Shown here in pieces: positions 8,757 to 18,662 of a stretch of 62,323 nucleotides of DNA. The first letter of the stretch is position 1. The number at the start of each line of letters is the position of its first letter. The stretch is from an archaeon. Its GTDB lineage: Archaea > Undinarchaeota > CAZHTU01 > JBDRCC01. The stretch lies in assembly GCA_043822065.1 (NCBI GenBank), contig JBDRCC010000017.1, positions 1 through 62,323 of the forward strand, in the 5' to 3' direction. The position numbers and the translations under genes are program-made. The notes below the pieces were generated by a model that was not told the DNA's origin, searched no databases, and was given only the letters and a program-made list of their open reading frames with translations.

Positions 8757-10036
8757 TATACTTCTTGAAGTCTCATGTCCTTTATGAGTGTTTCCAGAAC
8801 TTCAAACTCAGTGCATATGAGCTTGTCTTTTGCAAGGAGGCAGCTGCCAGTGAAATTGGCAAATATCTCGTTCCTGACGATTGGCGGCTGGACGCAGTAG
8901 TACTGCCCGCCTATGTATTCGAAGGACTTGCCCTTGTCGACGCAGGCGCTCTTGTCGACGCAGTAGTCCCCATCGACTGCGTCACCCTGCTCTGTGCAGA
9001 CATCGATGTCCGCCTGCTTTATGACCTTGCACATGCTTTCAGATTCTATCACTCTTCCGCCCTCCGACAGGCAGTCCGCCCGCGTGGGGAGTTTTTCCGC
9101 TTCTATGAATACTGCGATAGTGCAGAATGGGGGCTTGTACGTGTCCAGCCCGTCAGTGAGCACCTGGCGCTGGATAACGTCAGTTGCCATCCTCCCGCCG
9201 TATGCGTCGCAGACTGACTTGACCTCTACGTACGATGCGTTCCCCTGCCAAGCAACCTTCGGAACCAGCTGGCTGAAAGTGACGTAGCAGTAGTCCCCGC
9301 CCATCGGCTTCCCGCACCATACTGGCTGTTCCGTGCCCTCGACGAATATCCCGTAATAGTTCGCCTTCTCCACGCTGCATAGGCTTCCTAACAGTGAGTC
9401 ATATGCCTTTTTGGATGCGGTATACCCGACCCAGAGCATGGTGAACTCAGTGTCCTCCGTCGGGTCAAGCGGGTTCTCAACATGGTACCTGCCGTCGCTT
9501 GCGAGCGCAGAGCATTCCTCAGAGGTTATTCCTCCCTCAAGGCTTATCGGGTACATCCTCGCGTTAAGCGGCCTCTTTGCTGAGAGCGTCTTGTATCCTC
9601 CTGTCAGGGAGTATGAGATGTTGTATTCCTTGACATAGAGCGGCATTGCATTAACATAAATGTTGTCCCCTTTTTTCGTGCCGGTGCAGTCCTCGGAGAT
9701 ACAGTTTACCCACACTGAAAAATTGGCGTCGCCGACCCTCACGTTTCCGTCGCCGCGCTCAAGGACTATTCCGTTTATTCTTATGTTTTCGTTTTCAAAG
9801 TCGAGCGGCCTTTCCGAGAGGTCAGTCAGGTTTATCCGCAGGGGCATGGACTCGCACGGCCCGCGCTCAATCCAGCTTCCGAGCCTGCACTCGCGGTAAG
9901 TTCCGTTTATGCAAATCATCTCGCCGTTTGCGCAGACCTGCTTCTCAGAGTGGAACACCAGTATCGCCGCAATTATCAGGATTACTACGCCGACAATTAT
10001 CGCCGTAACCATCTCAACAGTAAGCTTGTTTTCCAT
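8756..10036 (-). CDS. membrane-anchored Cys-rich exported protein with a possible OB-fold
   Basis: N-terminal TM helix, CANGEMIC...C..GSW...C module, more than 20 Cys; stop overlaps the thrS start. Confidence 0.7.
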   Translation of the reverse strand: MENKLTVEMVTAIIVGVVILIIAAILVFHSEKQVCANGEMICINGTYRECRLGSWIERGPCESMPLRINLTDLSERPLDFENENIRINGIVLERGDGNVRVGDANFSVWVNCISEDCTGTKKGDNIYVNAMPLYVKEYNISYSLTGGYKTLSAKRPLNARMYPISLEGGITSEECSALASDGRYHVENPLDPTEDTEFTMLWVGYTASKKAYDSLLGSLCSVEKANYYGIFVEGTEQPVWCGKPMGGDYCYVTFSQLVPKVAWQGNASYVEVKSVCDAYGGRMATDVIQRQVLTDGLDTYKPPFCTIAVFIEAEKLPTRADCLSEGGRVIESESMCKVIKQADIDVCTEQGDAVDGDYCVDKSACVDKGKSFEYIGGQYYCVQPPIVRNEIFANFTGSCLLAKDKLICTEFEVLETLIKDMRLQEV

Positions 10037-10184
10037 GCGTCCCCTAAAGAGCCGGATGGATTTAAATCCTTCGAATTCCTTCTTTCGAGAGAGGTCACAT
10101 CAGAATTCGCAGTCTGCCAAGAACCCTTTTCGTTACCGGATTACGTGCCACCTGCGCCAGCCAGCGGTTCTTGCCATGTTGGTA

Positions 10185-11690
10185 TCAGAGCGGCTTGCCG
10201 ACATCTTCGAGCTTAGCCTTTCCAGAAAGGAGCTTCTTCAGCGCCGGTACAAGCTCGTTCGCCTTTGCCCTGACCTGCTTCTGCGTGTCGCGCGACCGAA
10301 TTGTCACCGTGCCGTCCTTTAGCGTGTCTCCGTCGACCGTCAGGCAGTACGGGGTCCCTATCTCGTCCGCCCTTGCGTAGCGCCTGCCTATCGAGCCCGA
10401 GTTGTCAATAACCACGTTGAACTTTTCATCGAGAAGCTGTTTGTAAATCTCCTGCGACTTCGTGTCCATGCCCTCCCTGTTGACGAGGGCGTAAACCGCT
10501 ACCTGGTACGGCGCAACCCTGTTCGAGAACTTGAATATCTCCCAGCCCCGCTCCTCCTTTGAGTACGCCTTCTCAAGGATGCAGTAGAAAATCCTGTCTA
10601 TCCCGTAGGACGGCTCAATGACGTGCGGAACAAACTTCCTGCCGTCGATGGATACTTCCATGCTCTGCTTTGAGAGCTTCTGGTGGGATGTCAGGTCGTA
10701 TTCCCCGCGGTCCGCAATCCCGACGACTTCGACCCAGCCGAAGTGGGTGCTTATCTCGACGTCCCATGTGTCCGAAGCGTAATGCGCCCTTTCAGTGTCA
10801 AGGTGCTGGCGGCAGCGCATGTCACTTTCAGGTATGCCAAGCTCCTTGAACATCCTTGTGCTGAGCGCAAGGTAGTACCCGACATACTGGTTGCGGATTA
10901 CGCCCTTCTTGACTGCGTCCTCCAGTGTCATCTCCGTTTCCTTTTTGCCTTCCGCCTGCTCCTTGGTGGAGTAGAGCCTGAGCTTGTCCTTGGCGAGGCT
11001 TGCAAAGCGCGGATGGCTGTTCTTCTGCTCCGGGTCAACGAATATCTCAATCTCCGCCTGGTGGAACTCCCTCAGCCTGAGCATCCCCTGCCTCGGCGAA
11101 ATCTCGTTCCTGAAGCTCTTGCCTATCTGCATTATGCCGAGCGGCAGCTTGCGCCTGCCGTACTCGAAAAGCCGCCTGAACGCGATGAATATCCCCTGGG
11201 CAGTTTCAGGGCGCAGGTATCCTGCAACGCTGTTTTTTCCCGGGCCTATCTCTGTCTTGAACATCAGCTTGAAGCTCCATATCTTGTCAAGGTGCCCCTT
11301 GCACTTCGGGCAGGTGATGTTGTGCCTCTTTATCAGTTCCTCAAGGTCGCCGACCGTCAGCCCGTCTGTTTCTATCTTTGCCTTTTCCTTGATTAGGTGG
11401 TCTACCCTGTACGGCTCGCCGCACTTCATGCATTCCGACATGTAGTCCGAGAAGCAGTCGAGGTGTCCGGAAGCGACGAAGACGTCCTCCGGCATTATGT
11501 TCGGCGACTGAATCTCATGGAACCCTTCTCCAAACAGGAAATAGTCTCGGAAGGTGTCCTCTATGCGCCTTTTGAGCAGGCTGCCTAGCGGTCCGAAGTC
11601 GTAGAACCCGGAAACTCCGCCGTAAATCTCGGCGGACGGCCAAAGGAAGCCCCGCCTCACTGCAATTTCCATCACTTCGTCATAACCCAT
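10185..11690 (-). CDS. glyS: glycyl-tRNA synthetase (alpha2 type)
   Basis: YGGVSGFYDFGPLG, YLRPETAQG, GKSFRNEISPRQG, AHYA, PHVIEPSYGIDR. Confidence 0.97.
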   Translation of the reverse strand: MGYDEVMEIAVRRGFLWPSAEIYGGVSGFYDFGPLGSLLKRRIEDTFRDYFLFGEGFHEIQSPNIMPEDVFVASGHLDCFSDYMSECMKCGEPYRVDHLIKEKAKIETDGLTVGDLEELIKRHNITCPKCKGHLDKIWSFKLMFKTEIGPGKNSVAGYLRPETAQGIFIAFRRLFEYGRRKLPLGIMQIGKSFRNEISPRQGMLRLREFHQAEIEIFVDPEQKNSHPRFASLAKDKLRLYSTKEQAEGKKETEMTLEDAVKKGVIRNQYVGYYLALSTRMFKELGIPESDMRCRQHLDTERAHYASDTWDVEISTHFGWVEVVGIADRGEYDLTSHQKLSKQSMEVSIDGRKFVPHVIEPSYGIDRIFYCILEKAYSKEERGWEIFKFSNRVAPYQVAVYALVNREGMDTKSQEIYKQLLDEKFNVVIDNSGSIGRRYARADEIGTPYCLTVDGDTLKDGTVTIRSRDTQKQVRAKANELVPALKKLLSGKAKLEDVGKPL

Positions 11691-11741
11691 GCTCTACCCA
11701 TATAACTATAAATATTTAATACTAATCGGTATAGGTATCCC
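11691..11741. promoter_or_regulatory. bidirectional TATA promoter region between glyS and pheS
   Basis: 51-bp divergent gap with AT-rich tataaatatttaata placed ~20-30 nt from both start codons. Confidence 0.55.
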
Positions 11742-13205
11742 ATGCTCGAAAAGACCCTGCACCCGATTGAGAAGAAGGTGCTTATCGCGGTTGGCGGCAG
11801 GGAAATCTCTACTGTTGACGACCTCGTGTCCCTGACCAGCCTCAAGGAGGTCGAGGTCATGCGCGCCCTGCAGTGGCTCGGCTCGAAGGACCTGATAGAG
11901 GTCAAACGGGACTCGATAGAATTTGTCAAGCTCAAGGATGAGTCATTTACTTTTCCAGAGCGGGGCGCACTCAAGCAGATTGTCGAAAAGCCTACTCCAG
12001 TCAAGGAAATAGACCGCGCCGCAGTCACCTGGCTCTTCAAGCGCGGCTGGGCAGACATAGTTGACAACACTATGTACGCTACTGATGACGGCAAGGCGGC
12101 CGTGAATTCAACCCTCCCAGACGAGCGCCTGCTTTCAAAGCTGAAGCAGGCAGGTGAGCTCGCATTGAGCCAGATAGAGCCTGAGCTCCTTGAGGGGCTC
12201 GAGCTCCTGAAGCAGAGGCCGCGGGTAATCCAGATAGTCAAGAAGGCAGTCATCGAGGTCAAGCCGTCGAAAAAAGGGCTGAAGCTGTACAACGAGGGAA
12301 TCACTATCGAGGACGAGGTCAACCAGCTGACGCATGAAATGCTCGCGTCAAAGTCATGGGCTTCAAAGAAGTTCAGGAGGTACGACCTTGCCGCGCCAGT
12401 CCCGCAACTTTATCCCGGAAAGCGGCACCCGCTCCAGAAGTACATTGACAAGGTCAGGACAATATTCCTTGAGATGGGCTTTGAGGAGAGGGCAGGCCCG
12501 CTGATTGAATCCGCATTCTGGAACTTCGACGCCCTTTTCCAGCCGCAGGACCACCCTGCTCGCGACCTTGCCGACACGTTCTACCTGTCAAAGCCTGCGA
12601 CCCAGCCGATACCCTACAAGTACGTCCCTGAAGTCAAGGCTATGCACGAGCACGGCGCGGAGTCAGACTCAACCGGCTGGCAGTACCAGTGGCGCGAGGA
12701 TGAGGCGAAGAAAGCCATACTCCGGACCCACACTACAGCAGTCACGGTCCGGGCGCTTTCCGAGGTCAAGCCGCCTGCCAAGGTGTTTTGCCTTGGGCGG
12801 GTCTTCAGGAACGAGACACTCGACTATTCCCACCTTGCAGAATTCCACCAGGTCGACGGCATAGTCGTCGACGAGAATGTCACCTTTAGGAACCTCCTCG
12901 GCTATCTCAAGGAGTTCTATGAGAGGATGGGATTCAAGAAAGTCAGGTTCAGGCCGGCATACTTCCCGTACACTGAGATGTCCGTCGAGCCGGAAGTCTA
13001 CTTCAAGGAGAAGAAGCAGTGGATAGAGCTGGGCGGGTCAGGCATGTTCAGGCCGGAAGTGACCGAGCCGTTCGGGATAAAATGCCCCGTGCTCGCATGG
13101 GGGCTCGGGCTTGAGCGGCTTGTGATGCTTACTGAGGGGCTTGACGACCTGAGGGACTTATACCGGAACGACCTCACCTGGCTGAGGCAGAGCCATAAGG
13201 CATAG
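11742..13205 (+). CDS. pheS: phenylalanyl-tRNA synthetase alpha subunit
   Basis: FWNFDALFQPQDHPARD, LRTHTT, HLAEFHQVDG, YFPYTEMS, AWGLGLER. Confidence 0.97.
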   Translation: MLEKTLHPIEKKVLIAVGGREISTVDDLVSLTSLKEVEVMRALQWLGSKDLIEVKRDSIEFVKLKDESFTFPERGALKQIVEKPTPVKEIDRAAVTWLFKRGWADIVDNTMYATDDGKAAVNSTLPDERLLSKLKQAGELALSQIEPELLEGLELLKQRPRVIQIVKKAVIEVKPSKKGLKLYNEGITIEDEVNQLTHEMLASKSWASKKFRRYDLAAPVPQLYPGKRHPLQKYIDKVRTIFLEMGFEERAGPLIESAFWNFDALFQPQDHPARDLADTFYLSKPATQPIPYKYVPEVKAMHEHGAESDSTGWQYQWREDEAKKAILRTHTTAVTVRALSEVKPPAKVFCLGRVFRNETLDYSHLAEFHQVDGIVVDENVTFRNLLGYLKEFYERMGFKKVRFRPAYFPYTEMSVEPEVYFKEKKQWIELGGSGMFRPEVTEPFGIKCPVLAWGLGLERLVMLTEGLDDLRDLYRNDLTWLRQSHKA

Positions 13206-13244
13206 CCAAAGTTTTAATACTCCTTTTTACTTCTCATTTCCAGA

Positions 13245-16200
13245 ATGGTTTCAGTTCGCAGGATGAGCATGAAGGGCTTCAAGTCCTTCGGCAGAAACAT
13301 TTGCATGGACTTTCCCCCAGGGTTCACCGCCATAGTCGGGCCTAACGGGAGCGGCAAGTCCAACGTAGTAGACGCCCTCTGTTTCGTCCTTGGCAGGATG
13401 AGCGTTAAGAGCCTTCGGGCGGACAGGCTCCACGAGCTTATTTTCAACGGCGGAACGGCAGGCAAGCCCGCCTCAAAAGCCAGCGTTTCAATAACATTCG
13501 ACAACACAGAGGGCGAGCTCCCCTTCCCTGAAAAGGAGGTCGAGGTCGTCAGGGAGATACTCAAGGACGGAAAGTCCGCCTACATAATCAACGGCACAAG
13601 GACGACCAGGACGCAGATAGTCGACGTCCTCTCAAAAATCCGGGTCAATCCGAACGGGCACAACATAATCCTCCAAGGGGACGTGGCCCGGGTAATCGAC
13701 ATGAACGCGGTCGAGCGCAGGGAGATAGTCGACGACGTCTCCGGGATAGGCGAGTACGAGGAGAAGAAGATAAAGGCGCTCAGGGAGCTTGAAAAGGTCC
13801 AGCAGAAGATTTCGGAGGCTGAAGCCGTCCACCGCGAGCGGAAGAAATACCTCACTGCAGTGGAGCGGGAAAAAGATGATGCGGAGCGGTACAAGGCCAC
13901 AACTGCGCGGCTAAAGCACTACCGCGGGGAGATATTCTCAATAAAGATTAAGAAGTCGAACAAGGAGCTCGGGTCCATGGGCGCCGAGTACCTGACGCAC
14001 GTCGAGTCGCAGGAGAAGATTTCCGAAAAGATAAACGCAAGGCAGGAGGAGGTCAATTCCCTCCAGGGCAAGATAAACGAGATTGACGAGTTCCTCTCAC
14101 GCCAGGGCGAGAGCAAGTATGCAAAGGAAATATCTGATGCTAAAGTTTCGATAAGCTCACTCTCTGAAAAGAGGAAGCTATTGGTCGAGTCTGCCGACAG
14201 TGCCGGCAAAGAGGTTAAGTCAATAGAAGACGAAATATCCGCAGTTGCCGAAGCGGAGAAGGAGTCAAAGGTGCTGATTGAAAAGCTCCGCAAGGAGCGG
14301 CTCGGCCTGGAAGGCAAACTGAACGCAAAGCGCTCTGAGCTCGCACAGCTGAGAAAAAAGGCAGGGCTGAAGCCCGGCGAGGACTCGGAAAAAGAAGAGA
14401 TTACTGCCAAGATAACGGAGCACAGGCTTAAGCTTGGCTCGGCGACCGGGAAGCACACCCACCTGAACGAAAACCTCAAGGCGCTGGCTTCTGAGCTGAA
14501 GTCCCTGCTCTCACAAGTTTCATTTCAGCCGCTTGAGGGCGAGACTACCCAACAGCGGGCAGCCAGGGCCGAAGCCGAATATGCGTCCCTTGGGAAAAGC
14601 CTCGTGTCAAAAAAGCGCGAGCTTGACTCGCTCAAGAAGCGGCTTGGGCTTGAGGAGGTTCCCTCTATTGCCGAGGAAGAGGTAAAAAAGCCGGCTGCCG
14701 ACGTCCTTGAGGAAATCAAGGCGGAGGTCGAGCGGCTGGACGCGCTTCTCTCGAAGGGCGCCGGCGAGCTCCAGGACGGCGCAGACATCTCTGCCCTGAA
14801 AAAGAGGGTTAAATCCTTCCTGTCCGACGTTTCGCGTTCAGTTTCGAGCATAAAGTCGAAAGTTGGAATCGTCAGCGATGAGGACAAGAGGCGAAAGGAG
14901 TCGCTTTTGCGGCTCGGTGCCCTCTCAGGGGAGGTTTCCGGGCTCCTGTCGCGCAGCAGCAGCATGGGTATAGACGCACAGGCACTTAAGAAGGCAGCCG
15001 CCATAGAGCCGCAGCTGCAGCAGCTGAAATCAGAGCTCGCGTCCATTGACTCGGAGGCGGCAGGGCACCGGCAGAAAATTTCCGAGCTTGAAGAGGCGAG
15101 GGACGCCATAGAGAAGGCTTCAAAGAGCGGGCTCGAGAAGCTCGAAGCAGCGTCATCTGAAGTTGAGCGGCTTGTCGAAGAAAAGAACGGGCTTGACGTT
15201 GAGCTTTCAGGCCTCATATCGAAATCAGAGGTCCTCTCCGGCGCAAAGCAGAAGGCAGGCAGGTCCCAGATAGAAAAGCTCCAGGCGAGGATTTCAGGCG
15301 CACAGGCAGACATCTCCTCCATAGACTCACAGGTGTCTGCCCTTGGGAAACGGCTGAAGGAGCTCGAAGCGAAAAGCAAGTCGGAAAGCCTGGAAACCAA
15401 GCTCGACGAGAAGAAGTCCCTCCTGTCAAAGATTGATGGCATAAGGCGCGACATCCAGGAGCTCTACCGCAAGACATCTGACGTTGAGCGCCACAAGAAC
15501 GACCTTAACGTCAGAAAGGCGACGGTCCAGACCCGCCTCCAGGATCTGACTGAGGAGTTCAAGAAATATGAAATACACGAAGTCGAGCCAAAGCACACCG
15601 AGCTCGAGCTCGAGCGCCTAATCCAGAAGAACGAGAAGGAGCTTGCCGAAATCGGCTCGGTCAACATGCTTGCCATTGAGGCGTACGAGGAGATAAAGAA
15701 GGACTACGACGAGCTCGTCTCCAAGATGAACAAACTAACTGAGGAAAAGGCGGCAGTCGAGAGCTTCATGCACGAGATTGAGGACAAGAAGCGCGAGGCA
15801 TTCATGGAAACGTTTCTCCAGCTCCTCGACAATTTTGAGACGCTCTATTCAAAACTCGACCCAGGGGGCGAGGCTCACCTTGTGCTTGAAAACCCGGACA
15901 ACCCGTTTGAGGCCGGGATGGACATGCAGGTCCGCCCGCGGGGCAAGGAGATGATAAATGTCAGCCTCCTCTCAGGCGGGGAAAAAACGCTGACTGCGCT
16001 TGCATTCATCTTTGCAATCCAGCAGTTCAGGCCTGCGCCGTTCTACATACTTGACGAAGTCGACGCCGCGCTTGACAAGGTCAACTCGGACATGCTCGGC
16101 AAGATGCTTGCGGAGTCGGCAAAGGGCGGGAATGCGCAGTTCATAGTAATAACGCACAACGACTCCGTCCTTGAAAAGGCCGACCGGCTTTACGGCGTCA

Positions 16201-16250
16201 GCATGACAGACTACGGCTCTCAGATTGTCGGCGTGGAAATGGGCGCTTAA
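13245..16250 (+). CDS. smc: chromosome segregation SMC ATPase (short; no recognisable hinge)
   Basis: GFKSF, Walker A GPNGSGKSN, Q-loop LQG, LSGGEKT signature, LDEVDAALD, ITH; long coiled coils. Confidence 0.93.
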   Translation: MVSVRRMSMKGFKSFGRNICMDFPPGFTAIVGPNGSGKSNVVDALCFVLGRMSVKSLRADRLHELIFNGGTAGKPASKASVSITFDNTEGELPFPEKEVEVVREILKDGKSAYIINGTRTTRTQIVDVLSKIRVNPNGHNIILQGDVARVIDMNAVERREIVDDVSGIGEYEEKKIKALRELEKVQQKISEAEAVHRERKKYLTAVEREKDDAERYKATTARLKHYRGEIFSIKIKKSNKELGSMGAEYLTHVESQEKISEKINARQEEVNSLQGKINEIDEFLSRQGESKYAKEISDAKVSISSLSEKRKLLVESADSAGKEVKSIEDEISAVAEAEKESKVLIEKLRKERLGLEGKLNAKRSELAQLRKKAGLKPGEDSEKEEITAKITEHRLKLGSATGKHTHLNENLKALASELKSLLSQVSFQPLEGETTQQRAARAEAEYASLGKSLVSKKRELDSLKKRLGLEEVPSIAEEEVKKPAADVLEEIKAEVERLDALLSKGAGELQDGADISALKKRVKSFLSDVSRSVSSIKSKVGIVSDEDKRRKESLLRLGALSGEVSGLLSRSSSMGIDAQALKKAAAIEPQLQQLKSELASIDSEAAGHRQKISELEEARDAIEKASKSGLEKLEAASSEVERLVEEKNGLDVELSGLISKSEVLSGAKQKAGRSQIEKLQARISGAQADISSIDSQVSALGKRLKELEAKSKSESLETKLDEKKSLLSKIDGIRRDIQELYRKTSDVERHKNDLNVRKATVQTRLQDLTEEFKKYEIHEVEPKHTELELERLIQKNEKELAEIGSVNMLAIEAYEEIKKDYDELVSKMNKLTEEKAAVESFMHEIEDKKREAFMETFLQLLDNFETLYSKLDPGGEAHLVLENPDNPFEAGMDMQVRPRGKEMINVSLLSGGEKTLTALAFIFAIQQFRPAPFYILDEVDAALDKVNSDMLGKMLAESAKGGNAQFIVITHNDSVLEKADRLYGVSMTDYGSQIVGVEMGA

Positions 16251-17482
16251 ACCGGCTCGATGGCAGGAATTGCCTCCGGGTGCTTCTTGAGGACTATTTC
16301 TAGCAGTATTGGAGTCATAAAGGTAGTAGCAAGCGCCATTAGCACGACTATCGAAAATATCGTCTCGTCAAAAAACCCTAGCCGCCTGCACAGGCTGGCA
16401 ACGACAAGCTCGACCTCGCCCCGTCCGTTCATCCCAATGCCGACAGTGAGAGCGTCTTTCCAGTCCCGTTTCATCGCCTTAACCGCAATCCCGCAGCCGG
16501 CAATTTTCCCAACCACCGCTATTGCCAGCACTAGGATAAAAAGGACCGGGGCTGTTGAGAGGACGCTTATGTTTACCAGGACGCCTACCCAGATGAAGAA
16601 GAGCGGGGTGAGCAAGCCAAGCGAAAGCGCCTCAAACTCCTCGTAAATCTGGTGCCCGACCACCTCTTTGTGGCGCAGGAGCGCGTATCGGATTATCATG
16701 CCGCCTAGGAACGTGCCGATTATCCCAGAAAGGCCTGAAATTCTGGAGAGTATCGCGAGCAGGAGAATGAATATTGTCACGAAAGAGAAGAACCCAGTCC
16801 TGCTGTTTTCGAAAGTGTCCACGAGCCTCGGAACTGCAACAACGCCCACTATGGTAAGGATGACAAAAAAGCCAACTATTTTGGCAACAAGAAGAAGGAA
16901 CCCCGAGAAAATTGAGCCGCCAATCGCCTCGCCTGCCTGGGCTACAGCTATCAGAAACGAAAGGGCAAAAAGCCCTATTATGTCGCTGAAGACGCCGGCT
17001 TCTAGAATCATCCTGCCTGCAAACTTTTCAAGCATGTTGAACTCGACGAGGATGTCCGCGCTTACCGCGACCGCAGTGACTGAAAGGCTTATCCCAAACA
17101 GGAGGGCTACAATGGGGTGCATGCCTATGGAGCTGGCTAGCCATGCGCCGAGGCAAAGAGGGATTATGATTCCTGCAATTGCAACCCCGATGGCGTGCTT
17201 GCCCAGCTGGATGAACTGCTTTAGGTTTATCCTGAAGCCGATAAGGAACATGAAAAAGAATATCCCCAGCTCGCCAAGCGTCTCAAGCAGCTGGTTGGGT
17301 GCGATTATGTTCATAATGGACGGGCCGAGCAGGACGCCGGCCATTATCTCGCCGAGTATCTTCGGCTGGTTTACCCTGGTCGCCATGTAGCCGAATATCT
17401 TCGCGACCATGAGAAGAAGGGTTATCATAACGATGGGGTCTGCGATTTCAATAGTCGCCGTCAATAGCCCTGTGGGTCCCAT
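16247..17482 (-). CDS. CPA2-family cation:proton antiporter (membrane domain)
   Basis: ~12 TM helices; GEIMAGVLLGP, PLFFIWVG, GMNGRGEV motifs. Confidence 0.88.
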   Translation of the reverse strand: MGPTGLLTATIEIADPIVMITLLLMVAKIFGYMATRVNQPKILGEIMAGVLLGPSIMNIIAPNQLLETLGELGIFFFMFLIGFRINLKQFIQLGKHAIGVAIAGIIIPLCLGAWLASSIGMHPIVALLFGISLSVTAVAVSADILVEFNMLEKFAGRMILEAGVFSDIIGLFALSFLIAVAQAGEAIGGSIFSGFLLLVAKIVGFFVILTIVGVVAVPRLVDTFENSRTGFFSFVTIFILLLAILSRISGLSGIIGTFLGGMIIRYALLRHKEVVGHQIYEEFEALSLGLLTPLFFIWVGVLVNISVLSTAPVLFILVLAIAVVGKIAGCGIAVKAMKRDWKDALTVGIGMNGRGEVELVVASLCRRLGFFDETIFSIVVLMALATTFMTPILLEIVLKKHPEAIPAIEPV

Positions 17483-17497
17483 ACCACCTATAACACG

Positions 17498-17518
17498 TAG
17501 TAATATTTAAAACCTATA
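17498..17518. repeat. copy of the scpA-type promoter motif; also the TATA box of the CPA2 gene on the minus strand
   Basis: tagtaatatttaaaacctata vs tagtaatgtttaaaacctata at 18623-18643 (20/21 identical) and tagcaagatttaaaacct at 20030-20047. Confidence 0.6.
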
Positions 17519-17571
17519 ATGGCCTACTGCATTGTTCTTGAAAATAGCAATTATCCCTCTTAGATATCTGA

Positions 17572-18534
17572 TCATGCCCCGCCAAACTGCAGATAGAACA
17601 TCGCAACAACGTAGAGGACATACATCAAAACCATCAGCGTTCCGTCCAACCTGCCAAACGCCCTTTTCACAGCTGCAGTGTAGAAGAAGAACATGTTTGC
17701 CACCACCGCAAAAAGGAGGGCGGCGATGAAGATGCTCAACTGCACGGTAATGGGGTTTATAGCCGATGCAACGCCGAGCACGAAAGTAAGGTTAATCATG
17801 TTTGCGCCGAGGGCGTCACCAAGCGCGATGCCATAATGCTTCCTTTTTATTGCCTGCAGGATAACTGACAGTTCCGGAAGCGACGTTCCGATAGCAATAA
17901 TGGTCGCGCCTATGAAGCTTTGGGAAAGTCCCGCAATCTCGGCAAGCTTAACCGCAGAATCGACGGCAAAATGCGAGCTAATAATAATCCCGACAATCCC
18001 TACGAAGAACCGCAGGAAGGCGGACAGCCCCTCCTGCTTGGTGACATGTGCCTCAGCCTTGCCGTTCTTAACTCCCTTCTTGGACAGTATGTGTGACACA
18101 TAAAACGCAGCAACGAGCAGCAGGACAGCCCCTTCTACAAAGCCCAACGCATTGCCGGCTATCTGGGAATGGTAGATGATGTAAACAGAAATAAGTGTCG
18201 TGATAAGCAGTACCAGCCCTACTTCGGGGAGCATGTCCCTACTCACCCGAAAGCCGTAGAGAAACGCACCGATGCCGAGGAGCAGGAGGAGGTTTGCAAT
18301 GTTAGACCCGAACACATTTCCTGCTGCAATCGCGCCCTGGTTGGTCACCGAGGCGGCAACCGAAACGGAGAGCTCCGGAAGCGTCGTTGCGGCGGCGACC
18401 AAGAGTATGCCTACTGCGAGCTGGCTCACGCCAAAAAACTGCGCCAGCTTTGTAGCATTTCTAACTACGACTTCGGCAGATTTAGATAATATACTGATGA
18501 AAATTACGAGGACGATAAGTTCGGCAAGCACCAT
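17572..18534 (-). CDS. CaCA-family Ca2+/Na+ antiporter (YrbG-like)
   Basis: Two alpha-repeats: ATTLPEL...GNVFGSNIAN and GTSLPEL...GDALGANMIN. Confidence 0.92.
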   Translation of the reverse strand: MVLAELIVLVIFISILSKSAEVVVRNATKLAQFFGVSQLAVGILLVAAATTLPELSVSVAASVTNQGAIAAGNVFGSNIANLLLLLGIGAFLYGFRVSRDMLPEVGLVLLITTLISVYIIYHSQIAGNALGFVEGAVLLLVAAFYVSHILSKKGVKNGKAEAHVTKQEGLSAFLRFFVGIVGIIISSHFAVDSAVKLAEIAGLSQSFIGATIIAIGTSLPELSVILQAIKRKHYGIALGDALGANMINLTFVLGVASAINPITVQLSIFIAALLFAVVANMFFFYTAAVKRAFGRLDGTLMVLMYVLYVVAMFYLQFGGA

Positions 18535-18662
18535 ACCTATCGTAGCACATATGCCAATAAATAGTTTATCTTCATCCGAAACGTTTGTTTTGCATTATCT
18601 ATGGGTGTGCCGCCAGTTGAGATAGTAATGTTTAAAACCTATACCGACATTGCATATTCAGG

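Noticed and set aside
10037-10184. 148-bp intergenic region with palindrome ggatttaaatcc, considered as tRNA or ncRNA
   Set aside because: No cloverleaf, T-loop or C/D boxes visible; the palindrome coincides with the TATA box of the downstream gene
14525-15454. 309-aa ORF on the - strand inside smc, considered as a hidden hinge or overlapping gene
   Set aside because: Ser-rich antisense shadow with no hinge motifs; smc is uninterrupted, so no frameshift hides a hinge
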